Under the pieces are notes generated by a model. The model was not told where the DNA came from. It ran no database searches and saw nothing but the letters and a program-made list of their open reading frames with translations. From positions 73,408,001-73,472,000 of the forward strand of contig OX597820.1 in the NCBI GenBank assembly GCA_951406725.2: 64,000 nt of DNA. The letters run 5' to 3'. This document shows, piece after piece, positions 27,144 to 40,469 of this stretch (position 1 is the first letter of the stretch; every line of letters begins with the position of its first letter). The DNA is from Octopus vulgaris (taxonomy: Eukaryota). A program made the position numbers and the translations under genes.

Positions 27144-28119
27144 GGTACTTATTACCAGTTGTTTGAACTTACACTTCGAAACAAAGCATTAGGCGAGTAC
27201 AGAGCGTAGTATTAATTATTGAATGACAAGGGAACGGGAATGACGTAATCATCTTCATTAGCTGATTACGTCATTCCTGATCATTGCCATTCAATAATTA
27301 ATATACACAAGAGCGATTACAAGCACGCGTTTTTGTCCTTGTATTCGGCTCTCGTTGCTTGTTGGTTCGTCTGCATCCTTGAGACTTAGTGTTTCAACAA
27401 AAAGAAACCGACTGAATAAATACCAGATTTGAAAAAAATAACTGAGGTCGACTTCATCGACGAATCTCTTCAAGACAGTGTCTCAGCTTTGGCGCAGTCC
27501 AATGACTAAAGCAAGGAAAAGAATTAGAATATGTAATTAATGTTGTAAATACCTATTTTCAGTTTGTCGTTGATAAATTTGGCACTATTGTCAACTCAAA
27601 GTAAGATTGTCTTATCGGAATATCAACAGATTTTCCGCTTCCAATTCTGATATTTGATCGCTTTTAAATTAAGACTGAAACTCTTTTAATTGTAATCAAT
27701 CACCGAAGCATAATTGACATCTCTAATTTTAGTTAATAAACATGTTTGGAGGATGTTTTTATTAATGCTTAAAAGCGGCCGATTTGTCATCACTTCTGTT
27801 ACATACATCATGCATGCATGCATGCATGCATACATACATACATACATACATACATACATACATACATACATACATACATACATACATACATACATACATA
27901 CATACATACATACATACATACATACATACATGCATGCATGCATGCATAGAGACAGACAAATAGGCAGGTAGACAGGCAGACAAACAGACATACATGATGG
28001 CTGCTTCCTCGTTCTCGAGTATAACCGTCGCTTGAAGCATTTCAGAATCGGTCTCCTGTGTAGCAGCAAAGGTGTGACATTTTAAAGCGGCAAGTGACCT
28101 ACGCTCTTTGGATCAGATG

Positions 28120-28150
<31 letters not shown>

Positions 28151-28160
28151 CATACATACA

Positions 28161-28405
28161 TTTCTATCAATAATAACATGTCTACGTAACAATTTCGAGA
28201 CGCTAGGGTGTTCATAAAATGAAGTCAGGCAGCTAATTCGCACAATGCAAATATAATCTGTAAGCGGAACATTAAAAATATGCAAGACATTTCTCAAATT
28301 TAAAACGTAAATTTGTTTTTGTTATCTACATTCCAACGAAGTCAGCTTCTCCTTTGCAGGAAGATTTCAAATACTTAAAACTCGAAGAGAACATAGATGC
28401 ATATA
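28161..28405 (+). mobile_element. 3' end of an RLE-type LINE, copy 2
   Basis: CLRNNFETLGCS*NEVRQLIRTMQI*SVSGTLKICKTFLKFKT*; starts directly after (TACA)n. Confidence 0.7.
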
Positions 28406-28563
28406 TACAAAGACACATTCTTGGGACACAAACAAACACATGTGCAATACACACATACACACCCACACAAATACAGACACACACTCGCGCGCATGCGCTG
28501 TTTTTAAGTTACTGCTAACACAGTGTCTTAAAGGTAGCAAGCCGGAAATTACATACTTATATA

Positions 28564-28722
28564 CCGTATTTTAACGTGCATAAGGAACCCCTTAAATTTG
28601 GGAGCTTAAAATTTGGAAAAAAGGTTTTGTAAGGGATTATATTATCCATGTGTAAGAAACTCCCATATTTTTTAAACCTAATTTTTGACAAAAATGGGTT
28701 CCTTATAAACGTTAAAATACGG
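28564..28722. mobile_element. Tc1/mariner superfamily (Tc2/pogo-like) MITE
   Basis: 27-bp TIR ccgtattttaacgt(gc/tt)ataaggaaccc with TA on both sides. Confidence 0.85.
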
Positions 28723-28759
28723 TATATATATGTATATATGTGCGTGTGTCTGTGTGCGT

Positions 28760-28935
28760 TTAGTGTATTGTGTTATACATATATGAGTGTGTGTATAGTA
28801 TATTGTGTCATACATATATGTGTGTGTGTAGTATATTGTGTTATACATATATGAGTGTGTGTATAGTATATTGTGTTATACATATATGTGTGTGTGTATA
28901 GTATATTGTGTTATACATATATGAGTGTGCGTGTG
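28760..28935. repeat. Minisatellite, ~33-35-bp unit, about 5 copies
   Basis: tagtatattgtgttatacatatatgagtgtgtgta repeated. Confidence 0.85.
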
Positions 28936-29396
28936 TGTGTATCCGTGTGTCCATTTATGTATTATATTTGAAATAAGAATCACAAATATTTACTTAAGGA
29001 TATTGCAAACTCTTTTTCTTGATAATTGCCAAAGCATTCGCATTTTTGGTAACGCTTCTGCATCTTCAGCCAGTATCTTAGAGTCACAAGTGTTTCAACC
29101 CTTACCCTGCACGCTTCGCCTGAGTGGGCAACGAAAAGTGAATAAATAAACTTTCGCATGAAGAAGAGTTCCACCTGCAGTCTCCCTTCAACCACAACTA
29201 GCTTGAGGTGGCCTTAGCCGCCGGGGTTATCCCTTAAGTAACTTTCTTCAAATGGTTTGATTCCAAAGCGATCTTCTGCAAGAAATGGCTCTCTGATCTC
29301 GCTGAGAGACTGCAGGAACTGACGCCAGTGGAGAATAAAGCTGCGTGCCGTCTTTTGACAAAAACTTGATATATTGTGCATCATGTATGCACGTAC

Positions 29397-29458
<62 letters not shown>

Positions 29459-29589
29459 GCGTACACATACGCACGATACACATAAATGCACACGGTCACA
29501 CTTATATATGTGTGTATACATGTATATGAATGTATGTATGTATATATGTGTATCTATACGTGCATATACATATCTATCAATCAATCTAT

Positions 29590-29602
29590 TTATTTATCTA
29601 TC

Positions 29603-29637
<35 letters not shown>

Positions 29638-29762
29638 GTATATATATATGTATATATATATATATGTGTTATATATATATATATATGTATATATATATGT
29701 ATATATATATATGTGTTATATATATATATATGTATATATATATGTATATATATATATGTGTG

Positions 29763-29809
<47 letters not shown>

Positions 29810-30029
29810 GCATATATATATGTATATATATATATATATGCATATATATACATACATACATATATATATATATGTATATATATATATACATACATACATA
29901 TATATATATGTATATATATATATACATACATACATATATATATATGTATATATATATATATGTATATGTATACATATATATATGTATGTATATATATATA
30001 TGTATATATATGTATGTATATATATGTAT

Positions 30030-30060
<31 letters not shown>

Positions 30061-30202
30061 ATATATGTATATATATATATGTATGTATATATATGTATAT
30101 ATATATGTATGTATATATATATATATATGTATGTATATATATATATATGTATGTATGTATATATATATATATGTATGTATATATATATATATGTATGTAT
30201 AT

Positions 30203-30236
<34 letters not shown>

Positions 30237-30245
30237 GTATATATG

Positions 30246-30315
<70 letters not shown>
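29590..30315. repeat. ~700-bp imperfect (TA)n/(TATG) microsatellite
   Basis: Visible; source of the 389/276/265-aa ORFs. Confidence 0.95.
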
Positions 30316-30319
<4 letters not shown>

Positions 30320-30889
30320 TTCGATAATATATTTGTCAATTGCCAATCTTTACTTCATAGACACAACATACACACACGCACACACACACACACACACACA
30401 GCTATGTCGTCGTCGTCTCCGTTTCAATTTTCTTTTATATGCCGTTACATGTGAATCCTTTATATTTACTCATTCATTGATATTCTGCCATCTTCCTCAC
30501 CATCTGCCTCTATCTATTCACTCAAGCACATACAAAACTATCTGAGAGACTGCTTTAACTGAAATCCTTTCTATTTTATTACCAGACATGTATGTAGATT
30601 CTGTCTCAGCTCACTACACTTTCTTTCTACACCGCCTGCCCAACCCCACCACCTCTGTTCTCTGAACTGTGATCGTTTCTGTCTGCCAATTCTTCTTTCT
30701 TCCCTTCTTTCTTATTTTTGTTGTTCTTTTTTTTTTTCATGGCATTCCTTCCAATCTCTTTAACACATCTGCAAGCCCATCTTAAAGAAGTTTTATAAAT
30801 CATGGCACCATAATATTTTGCTCCAAATATAGTTTTGCTTGCAACCTTTTTTTTTATTATTATTTTTGCTTTGTATGTATTTTGTATTG

Positions 30890-30950
<61 letters not shown>

Positions 30951-31190
30951 GGCTGTTGTTAAAAATGATAATAATAATGATGACGACGATTATGATTTCA
31001 TTCATTTGCCACCAGGGCAACGGATGACGATGACATGATAATAATAATAATAATGATAATAATAATAATAATATTGATAATAATAATAATAATAATAATA
31101 TTATAATAATAATAATAATTACGATGATGATGATGATGATGTAGTTGATGACGATGATGGTGATAACACGATGATGATAATGATGATATT
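30890..31190. repeat. (ATT)n followed by (AAT)n/(GAT)n tracts
   Basis: Visible. Confidence 0.9.
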
Positions 31191-31844
31191 TTGCGATATC
31201 GTTTTCTACTGGTTATTTAAATATCCCATAATTATATCCAACTTTAAGAAGAGGAACGAAAATGTGAGAAGAAGAAGAAGAAGAAGAGGAAGAAGAAGAA
31301 GACCACCACTACCAACAACAGCAACAACAACAAGAAAGCAAATGATATGCTTCTCTGTATTTTTGTCATTTTCGTGACTGCAACCAATAATTATATTATA
31401 TGGAATGAATTTTAATATGTTCTGAGAATCCTGCAGCTACAACAACGACGGCTTGTATTTTTTCAGAATGACGAGTAAGAGCAAATAGAAAATAAATTTC
31501 CTGTTATTATTGACAATCTTTCACTACCGTAAATAAGTAATCACAAATGATGATTCAGCAGATAATCTGTAATATATGATGAGTCAACAGATTATCAATA
31601 ATTTTCGGTGGTAACGTTCGCTGGGGCACACAGACGCATACATTATATTATATATTTTATTCGTGGTCAACGATTTCGCTTCAGCTTATTGAGTGTTTTA
31701 ATTCAGACGATGTATCTCACATTTTGCTACTATCATTAAATATTTACTGCTGTCATTAAATACTGTGTTTGTTATGAATCAAAGGTTTTATAACAAAGTC
31801 TTATAATGATAGTTGACAAAACTGTCATTCTGTCGGATACGATG

Positions 31845-32376
31845 GGGGGTTTCGGTTGATCCAATCAACGGAACAGCCTGCTCGTGAAATTAACGTGCAA
31901 GGTTGAGCACCCCACAGACACGCGTACTCTTAATGTAGTTCTCAGGGAGATTCAGCGTGAAACAGAATGAAACAGGGCTGGCTGATCCTTTGAATTACGG
32001 TTACAGCTCGTTCTTGTCACCCGAGTCGACTGGAGCAGTGTGTGAAATGACTGGCATTCCGTCGGTTACGACGGAGAAGGTTCCAGTTGATCTGATCAAC
32101 GGAACGGCCTGCTCGGGAAATTAACGCGCAAGTGGTTGGGTACTCCACAGACACGCGTACTCTTAACGTAGTTCTGAGAGAGATTCGGCGTGATACAGAG
32201 TGTGACAAGGCTGGACCTTTGAATTACGGGTACAGCTCATTTTTGCCAGCTGAGTGAAATGGAGCAACGTGAAATAAAGTGTCTTGCCCAAAGACACAGC
32301 GCACTGGCAGGAATCGAACACACGACTTTACAGTCGTGAGCCGAGCACCATAACCACTAAACCGTGCGCCTTCACT
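31845..32376 (-). mobile_element. SINE family C-type with a tandemly duplicated 3' half
   Basis: acagacacgcgtactctta..gtagttct..gagattc occurs at ~31915 and ~32147; head at 32376. Confidence 0.8.
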
Positions 32377-32785
32377 ACAGTCAACAAATATAGCTGAAAC
32401 AATAGAAATAATGGTTGGGGACAATCCATTTGTGAAAACATCACCTGCCAGCTCTGGGGATTGAAGGCACGTGGCTGTTGGTCATGGAGGTGCACTCACG
32501 ATCTAGTGACCGAGGTTTCGATTCCCGGACCGGACGGTGCGTTTCGTTTCTGAGCAAAATACTCCATATCAGCTAGAAATGAGTAATCCTGCGAAGGATT
32601 GGCGTCCCATTCAGGTGCGGTGTTGTGATCTCGATGTGAAGCTTTTAAAGCAGTGTTTCTCAACCATTTATTTTTTCTTTTTGCCTGATGACATCTTTGG
32701 TCCCTATTTTAAATTTCCTGGGTCTCCATAATCAGTTGACAAATATTTTTATAATTAAATATTATGAGGAATATTCTTTTAATTC

Positions 32786-33120
32786 CTTTACTTGTTTCAT
32801 TCATTTGACTGCGGCCATGCTGGAGCACTGCCTTTAGTCGAACACATCGCCCCCCCCCCGGACTTATTCGTTGTCAGCCTAGTACTTCTGATCGCTAAGT
32901 TATGGGGACGTAAATACACCAACATCGGTTGTCAAACAAGAGTGAGGGGGGCAAACACAGACACACACACGACGGGCTTCTTTCAGTTTCCGTCTACCAA
33001 ATCCACTCACAAGGATTTGGTCGGCCTGAGGCTATAGTAGAAGACACTTGCCCAAGGTGACTTGCAGTAAGACTGAACCTGGAACCATGTGGTTGATACC
33101 ACACAGCCACTCCTGCGCCT
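32786..33120 (-). mobile_element. SINE family B
   Basis: Reverse complement of the B pattern with small deletions. Confidence 0.85.
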
Positions 33121-33192
33121 AATATAAAAAATTAAACTATGTTGTACATTGCAGATGTATAACAAATCCATTTCACATAAATTTTAACAATA

Positions 33193-33590
33193 GGTGCAGG
33201 CGTGGTTATGTGGTAAGAAGCATGCTTCCCAACCACATGGTTCCGAGTTCAGTCCTGCTGTGGGGCATGGGCAAGTGTCTTCAACTATAGCCTCGGGCCA
33301 ACAAAAGCTTTGTGAGTGGATTTGGTAGACGGAAATTGAAAGAAGCCCGTCGAATATATGTATATATTTGTGTGTCTGTGTTTGTCCCTCCGCCCCCGCA
33401 TCGTCGCTTAACAACCGATGTTGGTGTATTTACGTCCCCCGTAACGTAGCGGTTCGTCAAAACTGACCGGTAGAATAAGTATTAGGCTTGCAAAGAATAA
33501 GTCTTGGGGTCAATTTGTTCGACTAAAAGCGGTACTCCAGCATGGCCGCAGTCAAATGACCGAAACAAAAAAAAGGAATAAAAGAAAAGA
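33193..33590 (+). mobile_element. SINE family B
   Basis: Full length. Confidence 0.9.
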
Positions 33591-33899
33591 AAAATATAAT
33601 TTCATATGGTCCTCGAGGGGACGTATGAACCCCTGTTGAGAACCACTGGTTTAAAGTAACAACAGTTGATAGAACCTAATTTAAGCAGGATCTCCCGCTA
33701 CACATCCTCATCTGTTGCTTACCAGTCATTAAAGGCCTCTTACCCTCACCATATACTAGGGCAGTGCATCCCAACGTGTTTCTTTCTTGCCTTCACTGAT
33801 AGTTTTTCAACGTTCAAGCAGCGCTGTCTTGGCAGCCATTGTATGTTGCTTGTGGTTATGCAGAGTACATTGTTTGGCATTCTGTATAATTTGTTATGA

Positions 33900-35450
33900 T
33901 ATTATTGTTAGGAAGAGATTAAAAAGCTTAGAAAGGATTGGTGTAATCCAAGATGGATCAAATGTTACAAAGTGTTATTGTTTCTTTGCATCAGCGAAAT
34001 GCCACGTTTATCAGTGTTCTGTGTACGTCTGTTTGAAGTCTTTACTTCTTTATATCTGTAGAGTTATTGCGTGTAATTTCCAGTACATCTATGCTCTTTT
34101 ATCACTGGTATTTGAGTCCATAAAAACAGCGATAAACGAAATGGCGATAAATTAAACATCTCCACACACCTTGTAAATGGAACGAATGGTATATCCATTA
34201 ACACCAAATTCGTGGCCCAGCACTACGAAGCTTCTACCGTCATGTATTTTCTTGATAATCTCTACTTTTCCAGTTAAAAAAAAAATATTCTCATCTGCAT
34301 CGTTTGTTAGGATCAGGCGCCTTTATCTTGGAATGAATGATAGATTCATTGACACCAAACCCGCGATCTCCAGCAGCGAAGCTTCCACCAACACGTATTT
34401 TCTTCCATTCAGCCTTTTCCTATAGAGAGAATAAACATGTCTGCGGAGCATTGTGAAGTGGTCACTTAGGTGTGTGTTTGCAGTACAAGCAGAAATCTTC
34501 GACTGATCTCCGACCCGTGTTGTCACAGATGAATCCGTCATAAGTGTAACCTTCTTCACATTTAAGCATACCGCGTTATTCCGAATTAGTAATAAGTGGA
34601 TCAGGGATACTCGGGGGCTACATGTACTGTTTGTGGTTTCTGTCGTATGTTTGTGGCACTGAGTACGATATTTCGTTATACTTGATATTCTGTTACGATG
34701 TGATTTTGACAGAAGATTGTGCAAATTAGCGATACTAGCAGTATCGCCCGGCGATGCTCGGGTCTGTTTCGACCCTTTAGAATTGGAATTTTCGAAAAGT
34801 AAAAATTTTGCATTATGTAGCTTGTTGTTCTCTTTAAGTGAACATTTTTCTGGTTGAAACACACCGAAAAATTGCGACACAGCAATCAAAAAATCATAAA
34901 AAATAGGGATTTTCAGAGAAAAAAAGCACCTTTTTGATATAAATAATGTTTGGCCTTAACATGGTCCGATTTGAATTCTATCTTCTAGGGAATGAAGAGA
35001 AAGCCTTCTTCTATCATACTCTCAATTTTGGTCAACTTGCGCCGCAGGGTCTCGGAGGAGATAGTGTTAGTTGAAGGCTACCAAACCTGCCATACACAGA
35101 CAACTTCAGCTTTATATATATAGATAGATTAAGGATTCAGTCTTCTAAAAGTTTTGAGGTGGCGCATGCGCGTGATATGTGTCTAAATGGTGCCACTTGA
35201 CTTCAATTTTTATCGATAATTTTTCCCCAGCTTCAATATTTCTGATATCCGGCAGGGTTCGTTCTAGCAGTTGTAGAGGTTAGAACGTGCAAGGATTCCT
35301 TCAGGCACATCACTGTCTTAGTTATATCTTTGTAAATTTGTTTAGCCCGAAGGCTTTTCAGTTTTAGGATTTTTCTATTACGTTTCTGATGCCTGATAGG
35401 AGCAAATACGAGAAGATTCGTAGTTAAAACGTTGTGCAGAAACGTTCAAA
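33900..35450 (-). pseudogene. Heavily decayed LINE reverse-transcriptase relic, split by a Helitron
   Basis: FRHISRACATSKLLED*IL / NLHNLLSKSH (cf. YRPISL..TSKLLE..NLLS..Q) and LSPF/FIAVFMDS remnants. Confidence 0.45.
34735..35128 (-). mobile_element. Non-autonomous Helitron (~390 bp)
   Basis: Minus strand: 5' TCTATCTATATATATAAAG, 3' hairpin cccgagcatcgccggg then CTAG; inserted between A and T, no TSD. Confidence 0.85.
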
Positions 35451-35821
35451 ATCTCCGCAGAGAATCTTTTAAGTTCAGTGATACAAATTTCCTGTTTAAA
35501 AGTGATCTAAAATTTGAAAAAGAAAACTTCCATCAAAAATTTCAAATTAATTTTGGTCCTAATTGCCAGATTAATGACTTAATGACAATGTTACTGTACT
35601 AAATTCTTCATTATTATCAAAATTAATTGAAACAAAGCCAATAATTCAACAAATATATAACAACAGTTAAATAGAAGTTTATTGGTTTTATTCACATATA
35701 TGCGTGAGTGTGTATATATACATACATACATGCATACCTATCTATATATATGCTGTTGATAATAAATAATTATTAACTTCACAATCCCCTTTTTCTTCCA
35801 CTTTTAAATGAATAAAAACTA

Positions 35822-35869
<48 letters not shown>

Positions 35870-36437
35870 TTAAGGAAATTCGTTCCCCGAAAATACTAGG
35901 TATTGAACTAGCTGGGGCTAGCTAATGCTTTGTAAGTAATTTTGGTAGATGAAAATTCTGAGGAATCTCGTCGCGTGTTTATACATATATAGACACACAC
36001 ACAAACACAAACACACACATATATATTGTATTATACATACACGCACACATACACAGATGTAAACACACATGCCTTTGTGTTGTTTATCCTACCACCATAG
36101 CCTGACAATAGGTGTTGATTTGCTTATATCCCCGTAACTTAGCGGTTCAGCAAAAACGAACCGACAAAATAAGCACCAGACTTGAAAATAAGTATCGGGA
36201 CCTATGTGTACGCTTAAATCCCGCGAAGGAGGTTCCCCAGCATGGCCTCAATTCAATGATTCAAGCAAGTAAAAGTTAAAGGTTTTTTAATCGACAAATT
36301 TCAAACCCAGAATTTTCAGCGTAATTCTGACCAATGTCGTTAGATTTCGGCGGTTTTTTTAAAATGTCAACGCCAGCGTGAAGAAAAAAAAAAACAACCA
36401 TTCACGCTCTTATACTCTTATACTGGCCATTTCATCA

Positions 36438-36513
36438 CCTGCTGATGAAGATGAGGGTGTATATATAATTTTATATACACATTTCTGATAGAAACATGGG
36501 TTCCATGTCCAAG
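36438..36513 (+). ncRNA. Type I hammerhead ribozyme motif, partly decayed
   Basis: cctg-CTGATGA-[..gtgtatata/tatatacac..]-GAAA-catgg-gtt-ccatg-TC-caag; intact core and stem III, one mismatch in stem I, frayed base of stem II. Confidence 0.6.
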
Positions 36514-37023
36514 AAACAGATATATAAAACAAGCATGCTTATTTTAAAGTAAGTACCTTGTATTTTCGCTTAATCGGTCCATTTTACTTAGTTTTATATA
36601 TTTGTATATTATTTCTCTCTAAGTGGATTTCTTGGTATTTCATTGGGCCCTTTGAATATTTCTTCATCACAAAGAAATATTCTTGTTTTGTCTACGAAAT
36701 ATTTATTGCTATTAATAATATTTTCACAGCCATACTTGCTGGATTTTACCACCAATGTTTCTTGTGTGTGGGGTGTGAATATATATATATATGTATACTT
36801 ACGCATATATACATATATGTATATATACACATATGTATAATATACATATATATACATATGTATAATGCGCATACACACACACACACACACGAACTCCTGT
36901 ATTTATATATAGATATAGGCTGCAAAAAGTGTGTGTGTGTGTATAGACACGCTTATATACACTCAGTGCTCGTGTGTATTTACGCACGCGAGCGTTTATG
37001 TAAACCAATGTGTGTGTATACAT

Positions 37024-37074
<51 letters not shown>

Positions 37075-37111
37075 ATTCGTTTCATTTAGTTTCTTCTTCT
37101 TCTCTAAGCTG

Positions 37112-37200
<89 letters not shown>

Positions 37201-37569
37201 CCACGCCCGTAAAGGGACGTAACTCAATACGGTACGAAAGCAATTTCTCCATTTCCTTTTTGATAGGTATCAACTATTCACAAATAATTATCTCGTGATG
37301 ACAGACAATTAGATGGTTGTTGAAACTGTCAGACAATCGGGTATGAACTATACATACATACATACATAGACGAACGGACGGAGATAGATAGATAGATAGA
37401 TACACACACACACACACACACACACTGACTGGTAATTTACCATTATATACCACCGTATGAATGTGCTGTTTTTATTATAAGTTTTGTTTACTCTAGTATG
37501 CAACCTTCTGAAAGTATCCTTGCTTGTTTTGGAAGATAGATGTGACTCAGTCGTGAGGAATTGTTTTTA

Positions 37570-38092
37570 AAAAGATTCAAGACCGACCGGTTCGATCCCT
37601 TCCTCTGACTGCTAAAAAAGCAATCGTGGGGTGGAGTTCACTGCAACGTATGTATGTATGTATGTATGTATGTATGTATGTATGTATGTATGTATGTATG
37701 TATGTATGTATGTATGCATGTATGTATGTATGCATATATGTATGCATGTATGTATGTATGCATATATGTATGCATGTATGTATGTATGTATGTATGTATG
37801 TATGTATGTATGTATGTATATATGTATGTGTATATATATATATGTATATGTATATATATGTATATGCATATATATATATATGTATGTATGTATATATTTG
37901 TGTCTGTGCTTGTCCCCCAACCATTGTTTGACAACCGATGCTGGTGTGTTCACGTTCCCGTAACTTAGCGGTTCGGGCAAAAGTGACCGATAGAATAAGT
38001 ACTAGGCTTACAAAGAACAGGTCCTGCGGTCGATTTATTCGACTAAAGGCGATGCTCCAGCATGGCCGCAGTCAAATGACTGAAACAAGTAA
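37570..38092 (+). mobile_element. SINE-B 3' half plus expanded (TATG)n
   Basis: B tail at 37895-38092. Confidence 0.75.
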
Positions 38093-38169
38093 TTGATGAA
38101 ATTACACACACACATATATATATGTGTACAGAGAGTGAAGGAGAGAGTACTGAATAACTAAATATATTT

Positions 38170-38382
38170 CTTTAATGCCCGCAAGGGGGACAAACAAGGA
38201 CAGACAAAGGGATTAAGTCGATTACATCGACCCCAGTGCGTAACTGGTACTTATTTAATCGACGCCGAAAGGAGGAAAGGCAAAGTCGACCTCGGCGGAA
38301 TTTGAACTCAGAACGTAACTGCAGACGAAATACGGCTACGCATTTCGCCCGGCGTGCTAACGTTTCTGCCAGTTCGCCGCCT
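38170..38382 (-). mobile_element. SINE family A
   Basis: Reverse complement of A. Confidence 0.85.
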
Positions 38383-38610
38383 TACTGAATAACTATATAA
38401 GAGGTTGGGAGAAAGAAAGAAAGATAATTGAATATAAATATATGAACACAGAGAAAGAGGGAGGAACGAAGGAAGGAAAAATAAATATTACAGGGTTATC
38501 GAAACAATTTGAATTTCATTCTGAGTGAAGTTAAACGCGGAATTATGAGAATTCCTGTTTTCAGACCCCTTGGGTGCCATTAAGAACTTTTAGTAATAAA
38601 AGGGATCTAA

Positions 38611-39234
38611 CAGTAGCGTAGGGATGAACCCCCATAGAAATATCTTCTGTCTGGGGATCACAGGGAGTTATTTCAGCAACAATCATCGGTTAGATGCCTT
38701 TGGGAACCAATGGTGCGACCAAATAGGGAATTGTTTGTCAATTTCACTCCGTTGGGTTTTAAACGTTATTAAATAAGAAGAACTGCGATGAATCAGTCTT
38801 GTAGACAATTAAGAACTGGTGTTTGATTTTAACTTTCGTATTTATATTTGTAATAAAGGCTTTTTTATATTGCTATATAATCTGATAAATCGTGAAGGGA
38901 AGAAGATAGAGTTTTAGGGAGAGGATTAGGAAAAATTTTTTTGGCATTACATGTTTTTATTTTTTTCGATATATTTCTCGCTAGTTTGAAGTTATATTCA
39001 GTGCTGAATTTATAAAAAAAAAAAAAAAAGTTAACGGAAAACGAAATACGGTGACATAGCGAGAATGTGTGCCGCACGGAACAGCCCTTAAGTTTGACGC
39101 CCGACCCCGCGGGACCCTTAGGCTTATACAAACTGGTACTACAGACCCCAAAATGCCGCCTGCCCCCTTCAGAGCGCCTCCCCTCTCCTGGGCGGGCTAA
39201 CCCCCACGTCCTCCCTGTTCCAATTACGCTACTG
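38611..39234. mobile_element. Possible hAT-like non-autonomous DNA transposon
   Basis: 10-bp TIR cagtagcgta / tacgctactg and a GC-rich subterminus related to ~62855-62985; no clean TSD. Confidence 0.4.
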
Positions 39235-39429
39235 ATGAAAATGATATCAATAATGTCATTTTATTAAAGTTATTGAATGTGCGTGCACGCGCGCGCGCGT
39301 GTGAGAGAGAGAGAAAGACAAAGAGAGAGAGAGATTTAATTAGAACCGTGAGGGAGTTTCAGCACAGTAAAGCGATCTGCTAGAAAAAGCAGCCAAATTT
39401 CCTTCAAACTGGGTATCTTTTTTTTCTTT

Positions 39430-39775
39430 CATCTTTTACTTGCTCCAGTCATTGGACTGCGGCCATGCTGGGGCACCGCATTGAAGAGTTTTACTTGAAA
39501 GTATCGACTCCAGGACTTATCATTTTATCTTTTTAAAGTATGGTATTTATTCTAGCGGTTTCTTTTGATGAACCGCCAAGTTACGAGAATGTGAACAAAC
39601 CAGCCCCGGTTTTCAAATGGTGAGGACGGTGACATACACACACACACACACACACTTTGGTCGACTCAGGGCTATCGTGGCAGATACTTACCCAAGGTGT
39701 CACGCAGTGGGAACTGAACCCGAAACCACACGGTTACAAAACGAGCGTTTTAACCACACGTCCATGTCTGCGCCT
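39430..39775 (-). mobile_element. SINE family B (diverged)
   Basis: Reverse complement of B. Confidence 0.75.
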
Positions 39776-40002
39776 ATTCTAGAGAGATGAATGGTTCTCC
39801 GTCGTTCGACGATGAGGATTCAGTGGTTGGACCAACTGAATTAACTATTCATTGAATTAACGTAAAAGTGGCTAATTGGCTGGGTAATCCTCAGTCACAT
39901 GTACACCGAATCAGAGAGAGACAAAGTGTGTGACAAGATTGTACTCGTTGAATTACGGATACAATTCATTTGAGGGGCTAGTACAGTTTCCTTCTCTTCT
40001 AT

Positions 40003-40122
40003 CACATAGTTCCGGTTCAGTCCCACTGCGTGGCACCTTGGGCAACTGTCTTCTACTGTAGCCTCAGGCCGACCAAAGCCTTGCGAGTGGATTTGGTAGA
40101 CGGAAACTGAAAGAAGCCCGTC

Positions 40123-40167
<45 letters not shown>

Positions 40168-40380
40168 GTGTGTGTGTGTGTTTGTCCCTCCAACATCGCT
40201 TGACAAGCGATGCTGGTGTGTTTACGTCTCCGTAACTTAGCGGTTCGGCAAAAAGAGACCGATAGAATAAGTACTAGGCTTACAAAGAATAAGTCCTGGG
40301 GTCGATTTGCTCGACTAAAAAGACGGTGCTCCAGCATGGCCGCAGTCAAATGCCTGAAACAAGTAAAAGTATAAAAGAAT
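40003..40380 (+). mobile_element. SINE family B, 5' end clipped
   Basis: High similarity to other B copies. Confidence 0.9.
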
Positions 40381-40469
40381 TAGAATATCAGGGCCAACTC
40401 GAAGTTTATGGGATCGAACTTGGAACCTCGTAGTTGCGATGCAAACTTCTTAAGCATTCGGCTATACTA

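Larger units (their letters stand above)
32651..33648. mobile_element. hAT (Charlie-like) MITE containing two nested SINE-B copies
   Basis: TIR cagtgtttctcaac / gttgagaaccactg; 8-bp TSD ttttaaag/gtttaaag. Confidence 0.85.

Noticed and set aside
28760-28935. CRISPR-like periodic repeat
   Set aside because: No unique spacers, eukaryotic context; plain minisatellite
29376-30545. 389-aa ORF and all similar YI/MYVC/HT/CV/poly-I ORFs
   Set aside because: Translations of microsatellites that lack stop codons
31468-31475. Possible 8-nt plus-strand microexon (tttcag|AATGACGA|gtaaga)
   Set aside because: Frame-shifting length; expected by chance in AT-rich DNA
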